Below, piece by piece: positions 1 through 10,793 of a DNA stretch of 64,000 nucleotides (positions are counted from its first letter, which is position 1; every line of letters begins with the position of its first letter). Both the position numbers and the translations under genes were made by a program. The notes below the pieces were generated by a model, which did not search any database, had not been told where the DNA came from, and saw nothing but the letters and a program-made list of their open reading frames with translations. This stretch comes from Vicugna vicugna. Taxonomy: Eukaryota. The DNA is taken from contig MU057744.1 of NCBI GenBank assembly GCA_013265495.1, positions 1,825,524-1,889,523 of the forward strand. The letters are read 5' to 3'.

Positions 1-23
1 CTTCACATCCCGGAGGAGAACAG
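1..23 (+). CDS. RYR2: RYR2 exon 36, 3' end only (LHIPEEN-R)
   Basis: CTT CAC ATC CCG GAG GAG AAC AG|gtcagc; phase 2 matches the next exon. Confidence 0.9.
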
Positions 24-867
24 GTCAGCCCGAGCATCCTTCCTGTCTGCTGGGGACCCTCCTCCTCAGACCGCTGCACAGGGGCCCCGGGCTGGTGCCG
101 GGGAAGCACAGCTAGGTTTGAAACATACCTGAGCTCTTGTGGCCGCAGAGACATTATACTGCACATTCCACATTTAAACCTGTGTCTTAGCCACTTCGTC
201 ACTGAAGCAAATTACACTGCAGTTGCAAAGGGGATCTGATGTTTTGTTTCTTTCCTGACTTTTGTTTTACTCATGAGGACAACAGCAAGTAAAAATTCCG
301 GTAAGTCCAACGGCAGTCTGACTTATGACTTAGCTGAGTAAGACAGCACCACAGGACTGTACCACAGCGGAGATGGAATCACACGAGTCAGTTAGTTCAG
401 GCCCTCCTTTGACAGGTGTGAGGAGCTGAGACTAAGAATCGTTAATGAAAGAGCATTGTGCAAATACCATGAGGGCTTGGGAAACAAGTCTGTACGCATT
501 CCAGGCAGTACGGTGATGATGTAAAGTATGAGAAATATCCAAAGGGAGCTTTGTCTGTGATTTTCAGTTTTTCTACGTGGTAGCCAATCAAGCTGCAAAT
601 ATTTCATTTTAGCAGTTTCATTATCAGTAAGGGGTAAGTTCCTAAGTTTGGGACCAAGATTTCCCTCCCAAAATATCATGAGAAAGTTAAGTCACAAACT
701 AAGTGAAAACACGGCATGAAAACAATGGAAAGACAAACATATGTGTTGTCCTTCTTATATTTTAAGTCTTTAATCTTAAAATTGTTGTAGGAGCTACACT
801 CACTTTTATATATTTTGAAATGCTTGGCATTTTTCTTTTCTTTCAATTCCTTTAAAGTTTAACCTGT

Positions 868-1478
868 GGTTTGGAAAACAGTTAGTTCCTCAAAAAGTTA
901 AATACCGAGTTACCGTACAACCCAGCAGTTCCACTCCTTGGTATATACCCAAGAGAAGTGAAGACCTGCCCACACAAAAACGTGTACGTGAACTTCATCG
1001 CAGCATTATTCCCAGTAGCCAAAAAGGGACACAGCTCAAATGCCCAGCAGCTGATTCAACGCTAAATAAAATGTGGTAGATCCGCACCATATCGTTTGGC
1101 AATGAAAAGGAGTGGCGTCCTGGTACGGGCTGCAGCGTGGACGGAGCTCCAGAGCAAGAGCCTGCGGTGTCAGTAGTTACACTGCTGCCGCGCAGCACGG
1201 GGCTCCGTCTACATGAGAAGCCCCCAGTAGCAAGTCTGTAGACAGAGAAAGTAGAATCACATGTGCTTAGGGGGAGGCAAGGGCGTGGACCTGAGGGCTG
1301 ACTGCTGGTGGGTACTACTGGGCTGTCCCTGGGGGATGAAAATATTCCAACTTAGGCTGTGGAAGTGGTTGCACAGTTCCCTTAATATACTGAAACTATT
1401 GCATGATTTGTTCTAAATAGGTAAATGATGTAGTATGTGAATTATATCTCAATAAAGATGTTTCAAAACAAAAGAAAG
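868..1478 (+). mobile_element. Old LINE-1 3' end (L1MB/L1M-like)
   Basis: Typical ORF2 tail (acccagcagttccactccttggtatatacccaagaga) and a 3' UTR ending gtgaattatatctcaataaa plus an A-rich tail. Confidence 0.85.
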
Positions 1479-2387
1479 CCAAAGAAAAATTAATCTGGCC
1501 AGGTGAATCTTTAGATAATTCCATTTTATGTAAATTTCACATGAGAAAAGTCTTCCTGGAGTTTTGCATCTGATGTTTTTTAAAAAAAAAATTACTCAGC
1601 AACCAAAAGAAACATTACATTTGGGGAGGAATTTTTCTTTGTGAGGGAAAATATTCCCTCTATTAAGCAGAGAATTTTAAGGCTGTGATTTAATACGCTG
1701 GCATGCTGTAGTCAGAAACCCAACATATGCTTGCCATGGTAATTTATCACTTATGTTACTTAGTGATGGAAGACGTAGAAGGTCACAGTGGTACCGACCA
1801 GTGTCCTTGGTCTCCTTAGTCAACAGAAACTAATAAGGGGCCAGAGAAGAAATTCGGGCAGGGCTTTGCTGAGACTCAGGCTGTAGCACAAGGGAGTGAA
1901 AACAAGAAACAGGTGCTCTTGCGCACTCCCTGAGCGGTGGGAGCTGGTCCCTAAATGGAGTGAGGGTGGGTCGGTGGGTGGGGCCAGAGGGCGGCTTCGG
2001 TGGTCTGCTCACCCCCGTGGTGGTGCTGTTTGCAGGGATGATACGTGGCACTCCGCTTTTGCTCCCAGCACCTGTAAGTGGCAGTTGGGTTTTTGGTCTT
2101 TCGGTATCTTGTTCATAATTCACCCCAAATAGGCATACACAGAGTTAATTTTATTTTATAGTTTCTTTGTGTTCTGTTGCTTGAGGAGGAGGCATTTGTG
2201 TCGATGCAAGCTCTGTAGCACCAGGTCCCAGGTCCAGTGTTTTAAAAGCACCAGTGGTTGGACATTTTCAACATAAAACTCTACGTGGAAGGAAGTTTAC
2301 AAAACATCTAAAGATGATTTTTTTAGAAATAAATCTATGCTATCCTTAAACATGTCATACAACTAATTTGAAAAAGTGTTTCCATAA

Positions 2388-2612
2388 CTTTTTTTTAGTG
2401 TTTTTGTTTTGTTATTTATTTAATGAAGTGTAGTTGATTTACAATGTTGTGTTAGTTTCTGGTGCACAGCAAAGTGATTCAGTTTCATATATATAGAGAG
2501 AGATCTGTTCTTTTTCTGATTCTTTTCCATTGTAGCTTATTACAAGATACTGGGTATAGTCCCCTCTGCTGTACAGTAGGTCCTTGTTGATTATCTGTTT
2601 TATGTGTAGTAA
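2388..2612 (-). mobile_element. Short LINE-1 3' end, cetartiodactyl type
   Basis: T-rich tail followed by gaagtgtagttgatttacaatgttgtgttagtttctggtgcacagcaaagtgattcag...tacagtaggtccttgttg; homologous to copies at 32781 and 41561. Confidence 0.85.
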
Positions 2613-2692
2613 TGTTTGAGGTCGACCAGGCAAATAGATTTCTCCTCCGATTGAGGTTATTGTAAATATCGGTGCTACGTCTCCGTCCCCAG

Positions 2693-3497
2693 GTCTGTGG
2701 ACATCCTGGAGTTGACCGAGCAGGAGGACCTGCTGAAGTTCCACTACCACACGCTCCGGCTGTACTCGGCGGTGTGTGCACTGGGGAACCACCGCGTGGC
2801 CCACGCCCTGTGCAGCCATGTGGATGAGCCGCAGCTGCTCTACGCCATCGAGAGCAAGTATATGCCCGGCCTGCTGCGCGCCGGCTACTACGACCTGCTG
2901 ATTGACATCCACCTCAGCTCCTACGCCACCGCCAGGCTCATGATGAACAGCGAGTTCATCGTCCCCATGACGGAGGAGACCAAGAGCATCACGCTGTTCC
3001 CGGACGAGAACAAGAAGCACGGCCTCCCGGGCATTGGCCTCAGCACCTCGCTCAGGCCGCGGATGCAGGTGTCCTCCCCCAGCTTCGTGAGCATCAGTCA
3101 CGAGAGCTACCAGTACAGCCCCGAGTTCCCGCTGGACGTCCTCAAGGCCAAGACCATCCAGATGCTGACAGAGGCAGTGCGAGAGGGCAGCCTACACGCC
3201 CGGGACCCCGTAGGGGGCACCACCGAGTTCCTCCTCGTGCCCCTCATCAAGCTCTTCTACACCCTGCTCATCATGGGTGTCTTCCACAGCCGGGACCTCA
3301 AGCACGTCCTGCAGCTCATCGAGCCCAGCGTGTTCAAGGAAGCTGCTGCCCCTGACGAGGAGAGCGAGGTGCTGGAGGGGGAGTCCTGCACCGAAGACCC
3401 CAAGCCCGACGGAGCCACGGAGGAAGAAGCCAAAGGGGGTAAGAGGCCCAAGGAAGGTCTGCTCCAAATGAAACTGCCCGAGCCAGTTAAATTGCAG
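2693..3497 (+). CDS. RYR2: RYR2 exon 37 (805 nt; SVDILELTEQ...KLPEPVKLQ), handle/junctional region and DR3
   Basis: ccccag|G TCT GTG ... TTG CAG|gtaatc; inside ORF 2697..3617. Confidence 0.98.
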
Positions 3498-3807
3498 GTA
3501 ATCAGACAAAAAGCTTGCAGTGAATTTCAGAACCTGTTAACATGGGCCTTGCTCTCTTTCTCTGTGTATGTGTGTCTCCGCTCCTGTGTGAGGGTCGCTC
3601 TTCATAAAATTAACTAAGCTCCTGTTGGGCTTGGGGGCATGCCCTCCAGTTTTCTTGCATTGGGAATGGAATTAATGAATTTTCCAATTGAGTCAATTGG
3701 CTGTCGTGCATGAAAGATACATTTCATACTTTTGTCAAGGTGGTTTCCTTGGTCGAGCATGTCTGCCTGTCCTGCACCTGTGCAGGTGTGTGTGGCGCTG
3801 TTCGTTT

Positions 3808-3824
3808 CTGTGTGTGTGTGTGTG
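3808..3824. repeat. (TG)n microsatellite
   Basis: About 8 TG units. Confidence 0.8.
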
Positions 3825-4944
3825 TCTGTCTGTCTGGAAGGAGCACAGGAGATGGGTTTTGTCCTGCCAGCTGTCCTCCTCCGCCCTCCTGTTCCTCGGC
3901 AATTTCCTGGTGTCTCCCCGTCTTTCTGAGGCTGCATGCCACCCACGTTTTGCTGGGACGCTTGAAATGCAAGGCTTTCCCCGCCTCTCTCCCCTCCGCC
4001 CCCTCCCACCTCAGGACACCTGCTCACCAGCAGGTGCGCCCAGGCTCACACAGCAGGGCTGTACTGGCTGCGCCCGTTCCTGAGGGAGCGGGGACTCGGC
4101 CCCGAGGCCTCTGTTGTTCATCAGCATCACTTCGACGCTCGCGTCTCTGACGCCTATTTTCCTCTTCATTCCTCCGGCAGCCTCGGTTGAGGGCTTCCTC
4201 TGACCAGGCACTGGGTGCCAGCTGAAAGCAGCTCACCGTCTCACGGAAACAGACACTTATTTATATATTTATAGTAAAATATCTTCTTGCTAATCGCATT
4301 AAATGCACTGAAGGCAAATAATGCATTTCTAGAAGAGAGAAAATCTCACCTGGAATACAGTTAGGGGTCCAAGCTGGAGACCTGCAAGCCGAGGTCTGGC
4401 GGCTGAGCGTAGCTCTGCACCCGTGGAGAGGAGGGAGGGGTGTCCCAGGACCTTTCCGCACATCAGCTGGAGGGGCGGGGTGGAAGACGGGCAGAAGGCA
4501 CTTCTTACAGAGTCTGGGTCTTTGCTAAAACCAGCCATATGACGAATTTTGAATTTTATTCTCAGTTCAGTTAAAACCATGGAGGAATTTTAGCAGGATG
4601 ATTTTGTTCTAAGATCTCAGTGTAGCTGCTGCGAGGAAGATGGCTTAGGGAAGGATGACGGGGTGGTCCAGAGCCCCCGTGGTCGGGAGATTGTCACCTG
4701 GTCCCCCTGAGGGGCCGCTGCATACACTGGGGTGGGACAGAACAGGTGGAGGAAGGCGTGCACCCTGGGCTCCCTCGGAGCCGGCGCCCACAGAAATGGC
4801 AATGTTGTGGGTGGTGACATCCTGGCTTTTGAAGTCCTCCTAAACACTGCTGTGTATTGATAGCACCATTGGTATAAAGGGTATTTAAACGTTTTCCTAA
4901 CTTAGGCAGAACCTTCTCTGGAAGGCATGTTTCTACCGATGCAC

Positions 4945-5470
4945 TGTATCTTAAAAATCCTTTTGGCTTCTGGTAAGACAATACCCAGCTAACCATTTAA
5001 TGAGTAAGCAGGAAAACCACTTAATCAACTTACTTGCAAAGTCTGGAGGTAGACAGTTCTGGAATTAATACAGTAGCTCAGGAGTGTCTTCAGGAACTCA
5101 GATCTTAGTGTCTTTCTGTGATATTCAGTTTATGGTTTTTATACTAAGCTATGTTACGTCATTCTTCCTCTAGTGATCATGTCACTAGCCATTTTGAAAA
5201 GAGGATGTTCTAGTCTGTTATTAATGATGAAAACTCTTTCGCAGAAGACCCCTTGCAGACTTCTCCTCCTCATCTCATTCTCTAAAGCGCCCGTAGCTGC
5301 AGAGGAGGCTGGGACAGTAAGTGCTCATCAAAGGGACATCAGCGGGAACTTGCCGTTCTGGCTTAGACAGATGACGCTTCATTCCCTGGGACTGAGCACA
5401 CTGCTGTCTTCATAAAGTCAGGGTTCTGTTAATAAAGGGGAAGAGTTGACAACTGAGCGTGTCTGCCACG
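4945..5470 (-). mobile_element. Degraded MaLR (MLT1-like) LTR
   Basis: Motifs aagtctggaggtagacagttctgg, cagaagaccccttgcagacttctcc and agctgcagaggaggctgggacagtaagt resemble old MLT1 LTRs; by-eye match only. Confidence 0.5.
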
Positions 5471-5541
5471 AACTTGGATTTGATGCACATTCACTAGTTA
5501 AAGATGCAGAAATTAAATGTGATGCCTTTTTGTCTTTTTAG

Positions 5542-5742
5542 ATGTGCCTCCTACTTCAGTACCTCTGTGACTGCCAGGTCCGGCACCGGATAGAAGCCAT
5601 TGTGGCCTTTTCTGATGACTTTGTAGCCAAGCTCCAGGACAACCAGCGGTTCCGCTATAACGAGGTCATGCAAGCCTTAAACATGTCGGCTGCCCTCACA
5701 GCCAGGAAGACTAAGGAGTTCCGATCACCACCTCAAGAACAG
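5542..5742 (+). CDS. RYR2: RYR2 exon 38 (201 nt; MCLLLQYLCD...RSPPQEQ), includes a calmodulin-binding segment
   Basis: tttttag|ATG ... GAA CAG|gtacag. Confidence 0.97.
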
Positions 5743-6649
5743 GTACAGGAGCGAACTGAAAATCCGTTCTATTCACTTTGGGTTTCGGTCCATTCAGGTT
5801 CCAAACGTTGCAAAACTATAGCACAAGTTGCAAGTGTATTTTTTTCCTGGTCTCTTTAAGCTAGCTAAATAAGTTCGTTTAGCCAGTGTTTGTAGTTTGT
5901 AGTTTGGTTGGTTTAAACAAACGAGCAACTTGTTAAGAGGTTTCGGGGTATTCTGGTCTCTGTGAGGAAACCAGTGGGCCAGATGCGGAGGTTCTTAAAT
6001 AGGAATAATATCCCAGCACAGATGGGTCGTCTGTGCAGGCGCAGCACCGCCCACCTCGTGGAACCCTGACTCCTAGGACTCAGTGCTGGGTGCTTTTCCT
6101 TTTGTTCCTCTAGGAAGAACCCAGTGTCACTGCCAGCAGTCTTGCAGGAATAATTATCACCTGTTTGTGGTTCTTCTCTGATTGCTCGTCTCCAAACCCA
6201 GGTCTCCCTAGGGTGCGGCAAAACCAAAAGCGTATGCCTAAACCCAAGCATGAGCAAGTCCAGGACAGTGAGCTTTCTGGCACCTGCTCCGGGATGGGTC
6301 TCTTGTGGGGGGACCATCAAATGCAGCTGTGGTATCAGAGGTGTGACTGACAGAGCTCGTCTTCAGTATCTGACTGTGCCTTCCCTCCGTATCCAAGATG
6401 CCTCTGAATGAAAGCATTTAGGAACTAATTGCAGAATTTATTTTTTTCTCACCAGAGTGTAATTGCTTTGAGGGAAGGGACATGGAATTTTGTTTACTGA
6501 TACAAACATTTATTAAGCAGAGAGTAAGTCCAGCCTCTCCCAGGTGAACTCCATTTGTTAAACTGCTCTTGGGAGACTTCTGCTTCTGGAAAGGTGGAGT
6601 ACATGTGCCTTTCCTGTTGTTCCTTCTAAGTCCACCTGTAACCCGGGAC

Positions 6650-9600
6650 ATTACATAAAAGACAACAGCAGAAGACTGAAAGATAGAGAGAAGACAGACC
6701 GGCTGCGGGACTCAGCACCCGAAGGATGACGTGGTGGTGTCCCTGGGTTTTCCTTTTGCCTCATCTGTCGCAGACTTGGAGCTAACAAAGCCGGCAACCC
6801 AGAAACGCCAGAAATGCCAATGGGCATAGACAAGAAAAGCTCTCCAAGCGCCTTCTCCGTCCAGCCAAAGGAGGGGAAGAGCTGTCTGTTTTTCTAGCAA
6901 GACAAAACTTTTAGGTACTGACCATAGGACTCCAACCAACACCACAGTAACCCTGTGTCCTGCTCCCTTCTCAAACCAGCAGACACTGAGTGGGGAGCTT
7001 AGACCTCTCCTCTGACCAGGCTGGGACTGGCGGGAGCTGGGGCTCTGTCCCCACTGGTGCGAATGAGGCCTACCGCCTCCAAAGTGTCAGTAGAGGCCAG
7101 GGTGGGGGGTAAGTACCAAGGCACTCTTACCCTTCCCAATCAGGGCTGTATATGAGTTCACATCCTGTGGGGAACTGGATCTCCCAGCTTCTCCCAGCAG
7201 GAACAAGGTCTTCTCTCTCCTCCACAGACACCAGGTGGAGAAATGGACTTCCACTCCACCTGGCGGTAAGGAGGCCCCCGAGCCCCTCTCTGGCTTGGTG
7301 GTGTCAGAAGAAGCCAGAAGTTTAAATAAGAACCAAAGTCTCATAACATAGTATCAAAAATGTCCAGGTAACCAAAAGATACCAACTCTGAGATGACAAA
7401 AAAAGACAGAGAGAGAAAGAGTTGCAGCAAAACAAAACTATCTATCTGTCTATGACATAAAGAAGAACCAGATGGAGATTTTAGAACTGAAAATACAGTA
7501 TTCGGAATAAAAACCTCCCATGGATGGATTTAACAGCAGAATGGTGGGGACAGAGAAGAGAATCACAGAAATGAAGAAAGAACAGTAGAAATTACCCAGC
7601 CTGAAAAACAGAAAACAGAGTGAAACAAAAAGTGCCTCAGGGACCAGTGCAAATACAGCAAAAGAGCTAACATTCGTGGTCTTGGATTTCCAGAGGGATA
7701 GGAGAGGGAGTGAACTGAAAAAATAATGGTTGAAAACCTTTGAATTTTGACAAAAGATGTAAAGAAAGAGATTCTAAAAACTGAGTAAACCCTGAACAGG
7801 ATACCCTCAAAATCTAAATCAAGACGTATCACAGTCAAACTTGTGAAACCTAAAGATACAGAAAGAAGTCTTGAAATCACTGAGACAGAAATGACACCCA
7901 TGCAGGAAAGACAACGTGAGTGACAAGGGTTCTCCTCAGAAAGACAGAAGCCAGAAGGAGGCGGCACAGCGCCCTTCAGGTGCTGAAGGGAAGGCCCTGT
8001 CCAGCCTGCATTCCACATGCAGTGAAAATGCCCTTCACGAATGACGGGGACACCAGCACTTTCTCAAATGAAGGGAAGCTACCAGAATTTGATCACTCCG
8101 AAAGAATGCCTGAAGGAAGTTCTTTAAATAGAAAGAAAATGACAAAAGAAGAACATTCTGAAAATCACGAAGGAAGAAAGGACAACACAAAGTATAAAAT
8201 ACGACTGTACGTAATGCAATTTCCTTCTCCTCTTGAGTTTTCTAAATTCTGTTTGGTGAATAAAGCAAAAATAGTAACTGTCTGATGTGTTCTAAATGTA
8301 TGCATAGCAAATATGTAAGGCAACTGTGTTTTAAATGGAAAATAAGGGACATAAAGGAAGCTACTGTTTCTATACTTCATTTAAACTGGTAAAATGTTGA
8401 TACCAGTAGACTGAGATGAAAATTAAGTATATGTAATATCCAGGGCAACCGCTGAAACAGCTGTGCAAAGAGGTCCACTGAAAATACCATGGATAATTCA
8501 AAATGGAATCCTAAAAACAGTTCAGGGAACTCACAGTGCATTGTGAAAAATAAATCAGAGAGAACAAACCGAAAACAAGTAAAATGGTAGACTTAAATCA
8601 TAGCGTTAAACAGTAAATTCATGAAGGTAAATAATCCAGATACATCAAGTAAAAGACAGAGATTGACAGGGTGAGTTTTAAAAACTTGGCCCAACTATAT
8701 GCTCTCTATAGGAAACTCACTTAAAAATGTAATGCTGTAGATACGTTGAAAGTAGAAGGATGATAAAAGATGTGTCATGAAAAATTAATCAAAAGAAAGT
8801 AAGAGTGACTGTATCAGAGCAAAGAAAATTGTCAGACAGACAGGAACATTACACAGGGGTACAAGGTGAATCCACCAAAGAGACAAATGTGGATGTGCCA
8901 GACGAGAGAGCTGCAAGCATGTGAGCTCAACACAGACAGAACCGAAAGGAGAAACAGACGAACGCACAGTCGTAGTCGGAGGCTTCAACACCCCTCTCTC
9001 AATATTTGAAAGAAAAGCTGGACAGGATCAGCACGCATGTAGGAGAACACAGAACTATCATCAGCAAGCAGAATCTTCGGATGTTTGTGGGACACGCCTC
9101 CCAGTAACAGGACACACACTTTTTCCAAGTGCCCGTGGAACATGTACAAAGATGAACTATATCCTGAGTCATAAAACGACCTCAACAAATGTAAAAGGAT
9201 TGAGTTTTTTCATACATAATGTTTTTTCTGACCGCAGTGGAGTCAGATTAGAAATCAGTAACAGAAAGATAACAGGAAAATCTCCAAGTACTTGGAGACC
9301 AAGTAGTATACGTCTGTGTTATACATCGTTCCAGGAGGGGTCGCAAGAGAAATTGAAAATATGCTGAATTGAAAGAAAATGAAAATATCACATACCAGAA
9401 TTTGTGGAAACAGCCAAAGCTGTGTGAGAGGGAAATTTATTGCATTGAATACTTATGTTTAAAAAGAGAACGAGACTCCAAGCGATGATCTGAGCTGCCG
9501 TCACAAGGATTTAGAAAAGGAGCAAAATAAACCCAAAAAAGGAGAAGGAAACCAGTAGTGAAAAAATCAGTGACTCCAAAAGCTGGTTGTTTAAAAATAC

Positions 9601-10065
9601 TGGTAAAATCAACAAAACTCTAAAGAGACTGACAAAGGAAAAAGGAGAGAAGACACAAATTACCAAATCAGGAATAAAACAAGCTACACTGCAGATCCTG
9701 CAGTTGTCAAAAGGATCATAAGGGAGTGCATTTGTGTTTACTGCATGATTCTGTTTGTATAATGGTCTTGAAATGCCAGTAATACAGAAACAGAACAGAT
9801 TAGTGGCTGACAGGAGTTAGGGGTGAAGGGCAGGCAAGAGGGAAGTGGCTGTGGTTGTAAAAGGGTAGCAGGAGGGTCCTGGGTGCTGGAGTCGTTCCCT
9901 GTTTTGACTGTGTCACTGTCCATACCCTGGCTGTGATTCTGTGCTGCTATTTTGCAAGGTGTCCCATTGGGGGAGACTGGGTAAAGGGTACACCCGAATC
10001 TCTTTGTGTTATTTCTTACAATAGAATATGAATCTACAGTTTTCTTAAAATACTAGTTTAACGAA
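6650..10065 (+). mobile_element. Old, internally deleted LINE-1 (L1MC/L1MD-like): 5' region, ORF1 relic (~7470-8130), ORF2 endonuclease relic (~8580-9730), 3' UTR (~9735-10065)
   Basis: ORF 8921..9367 keeps decayed APE-endonuclease motifs (VVGGFNTPLS, TLFPSARGTCTKMNYILSHK, FSDRSGVRLEI). The 3' end reads gggagactgggtaaagggtacac...gaatctacagttttcttaaaata. The 5' boundary is uncertain. Confidence 0.8.
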
Positions 10066-10687
10066 GTTTCACATACAGTTCTCTAAAAAGAAAACTTAGA
10101 ATTGTTTCTTAAAAGAAAATTACGGAACAGGCTTTTTCTTCATTCATAAACTTAGTATTATTGTATCTAAAACTGAAACATGTGGAAGAAAGTTTCTTGC
10201 AGTTTGTTTAATTGAACCATTAATGTTAGAAAAAGTATAGTTATCCATTATTTAGTCTTTAATTATGTTTGGTTTTTCTTCTTTGCTGTATCCTTCTAAA
10301 AAAATAGTTCTTTAAAATGTTCAATAAAGCATGGAAATTAGCTAAGGAAAAATGAAAATCTAGGAGAAGCATAATAAAATTTTAAAAATAACATTTAGAT
10401 CTTGGTTGATTTAAGAAGGCTGAGCGTACAAAGATTTGACATGTTGTGGAATTGAGAACGAAGAAGCAAATAATGTGACTGTTTTTCAGCTAAGCTTGGA
10501 ATGATTTGATTTATTTTGGGGTATTTGTTGGATTGAGGGATAATGATTTTTCATCCAATGGGCAACAGTCTCTGGACACTCAGAAAGAGATTCTGAACAT
10601 CTTTGGTTTTTACGATCTTTTTTGCCGTTCCTGAATTCACTTTTCTTTTACCCTAGTTCTTCTTCTTTTGTTTTTCCAAACTTTCAG

Positions 10688-10793
10688 ATCAATATGCTTC
10701 TCAATTTTAAGGATGACAAAAGCGAATGTCCATGTCCTGAAGAAATCCGAGACCAGCTCTTGGATTTTCATGAAGATTTGATGACGCATTGTG
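10688..10793 (+). CDS. RYR2: RYR2 exon 39 (106 nt; [10 protein letters not shown]...LMTHC)
   Basis: ctttcag|ATC ... TGT G|gtaagg. Confidence 0.97.

Noticed and set aside
3340..3450. Strong divergence of the acidic stretch AAAPDEESEVLEGESCTEDPKPDGATEEE
   Set aside because: This is divergent region 3, known to vary among species and isoforms; exon length is unchanged.
2439..3509. Long minus-strand ORFs (2439..3101, 220 aa; 3192..3509) opposite exon 37
   Set aside because: Shadow frames: very high GC3 on the coding strand removes antisense stop codons, and the tail of the 220-aa ORF runs into an L1 3' UTR.
3614..4236. Cluster of overlapping 130-146 aa ORFs on both strands
   Set aside because: GC-rich intronic sequence spanning a TG microsatellite; low-complexity translations with no recognisable domain.
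8921..9367. 148-aa ORF with endonuclease-like motifs as a possible domesticated gene
   Set aside because: Catalytic motifs are degenerate (GGFN for GDFN, SDR for SDH) and the flanking ORF2 sequence is full of stops and frameshifts, so it is an L1 fossil.
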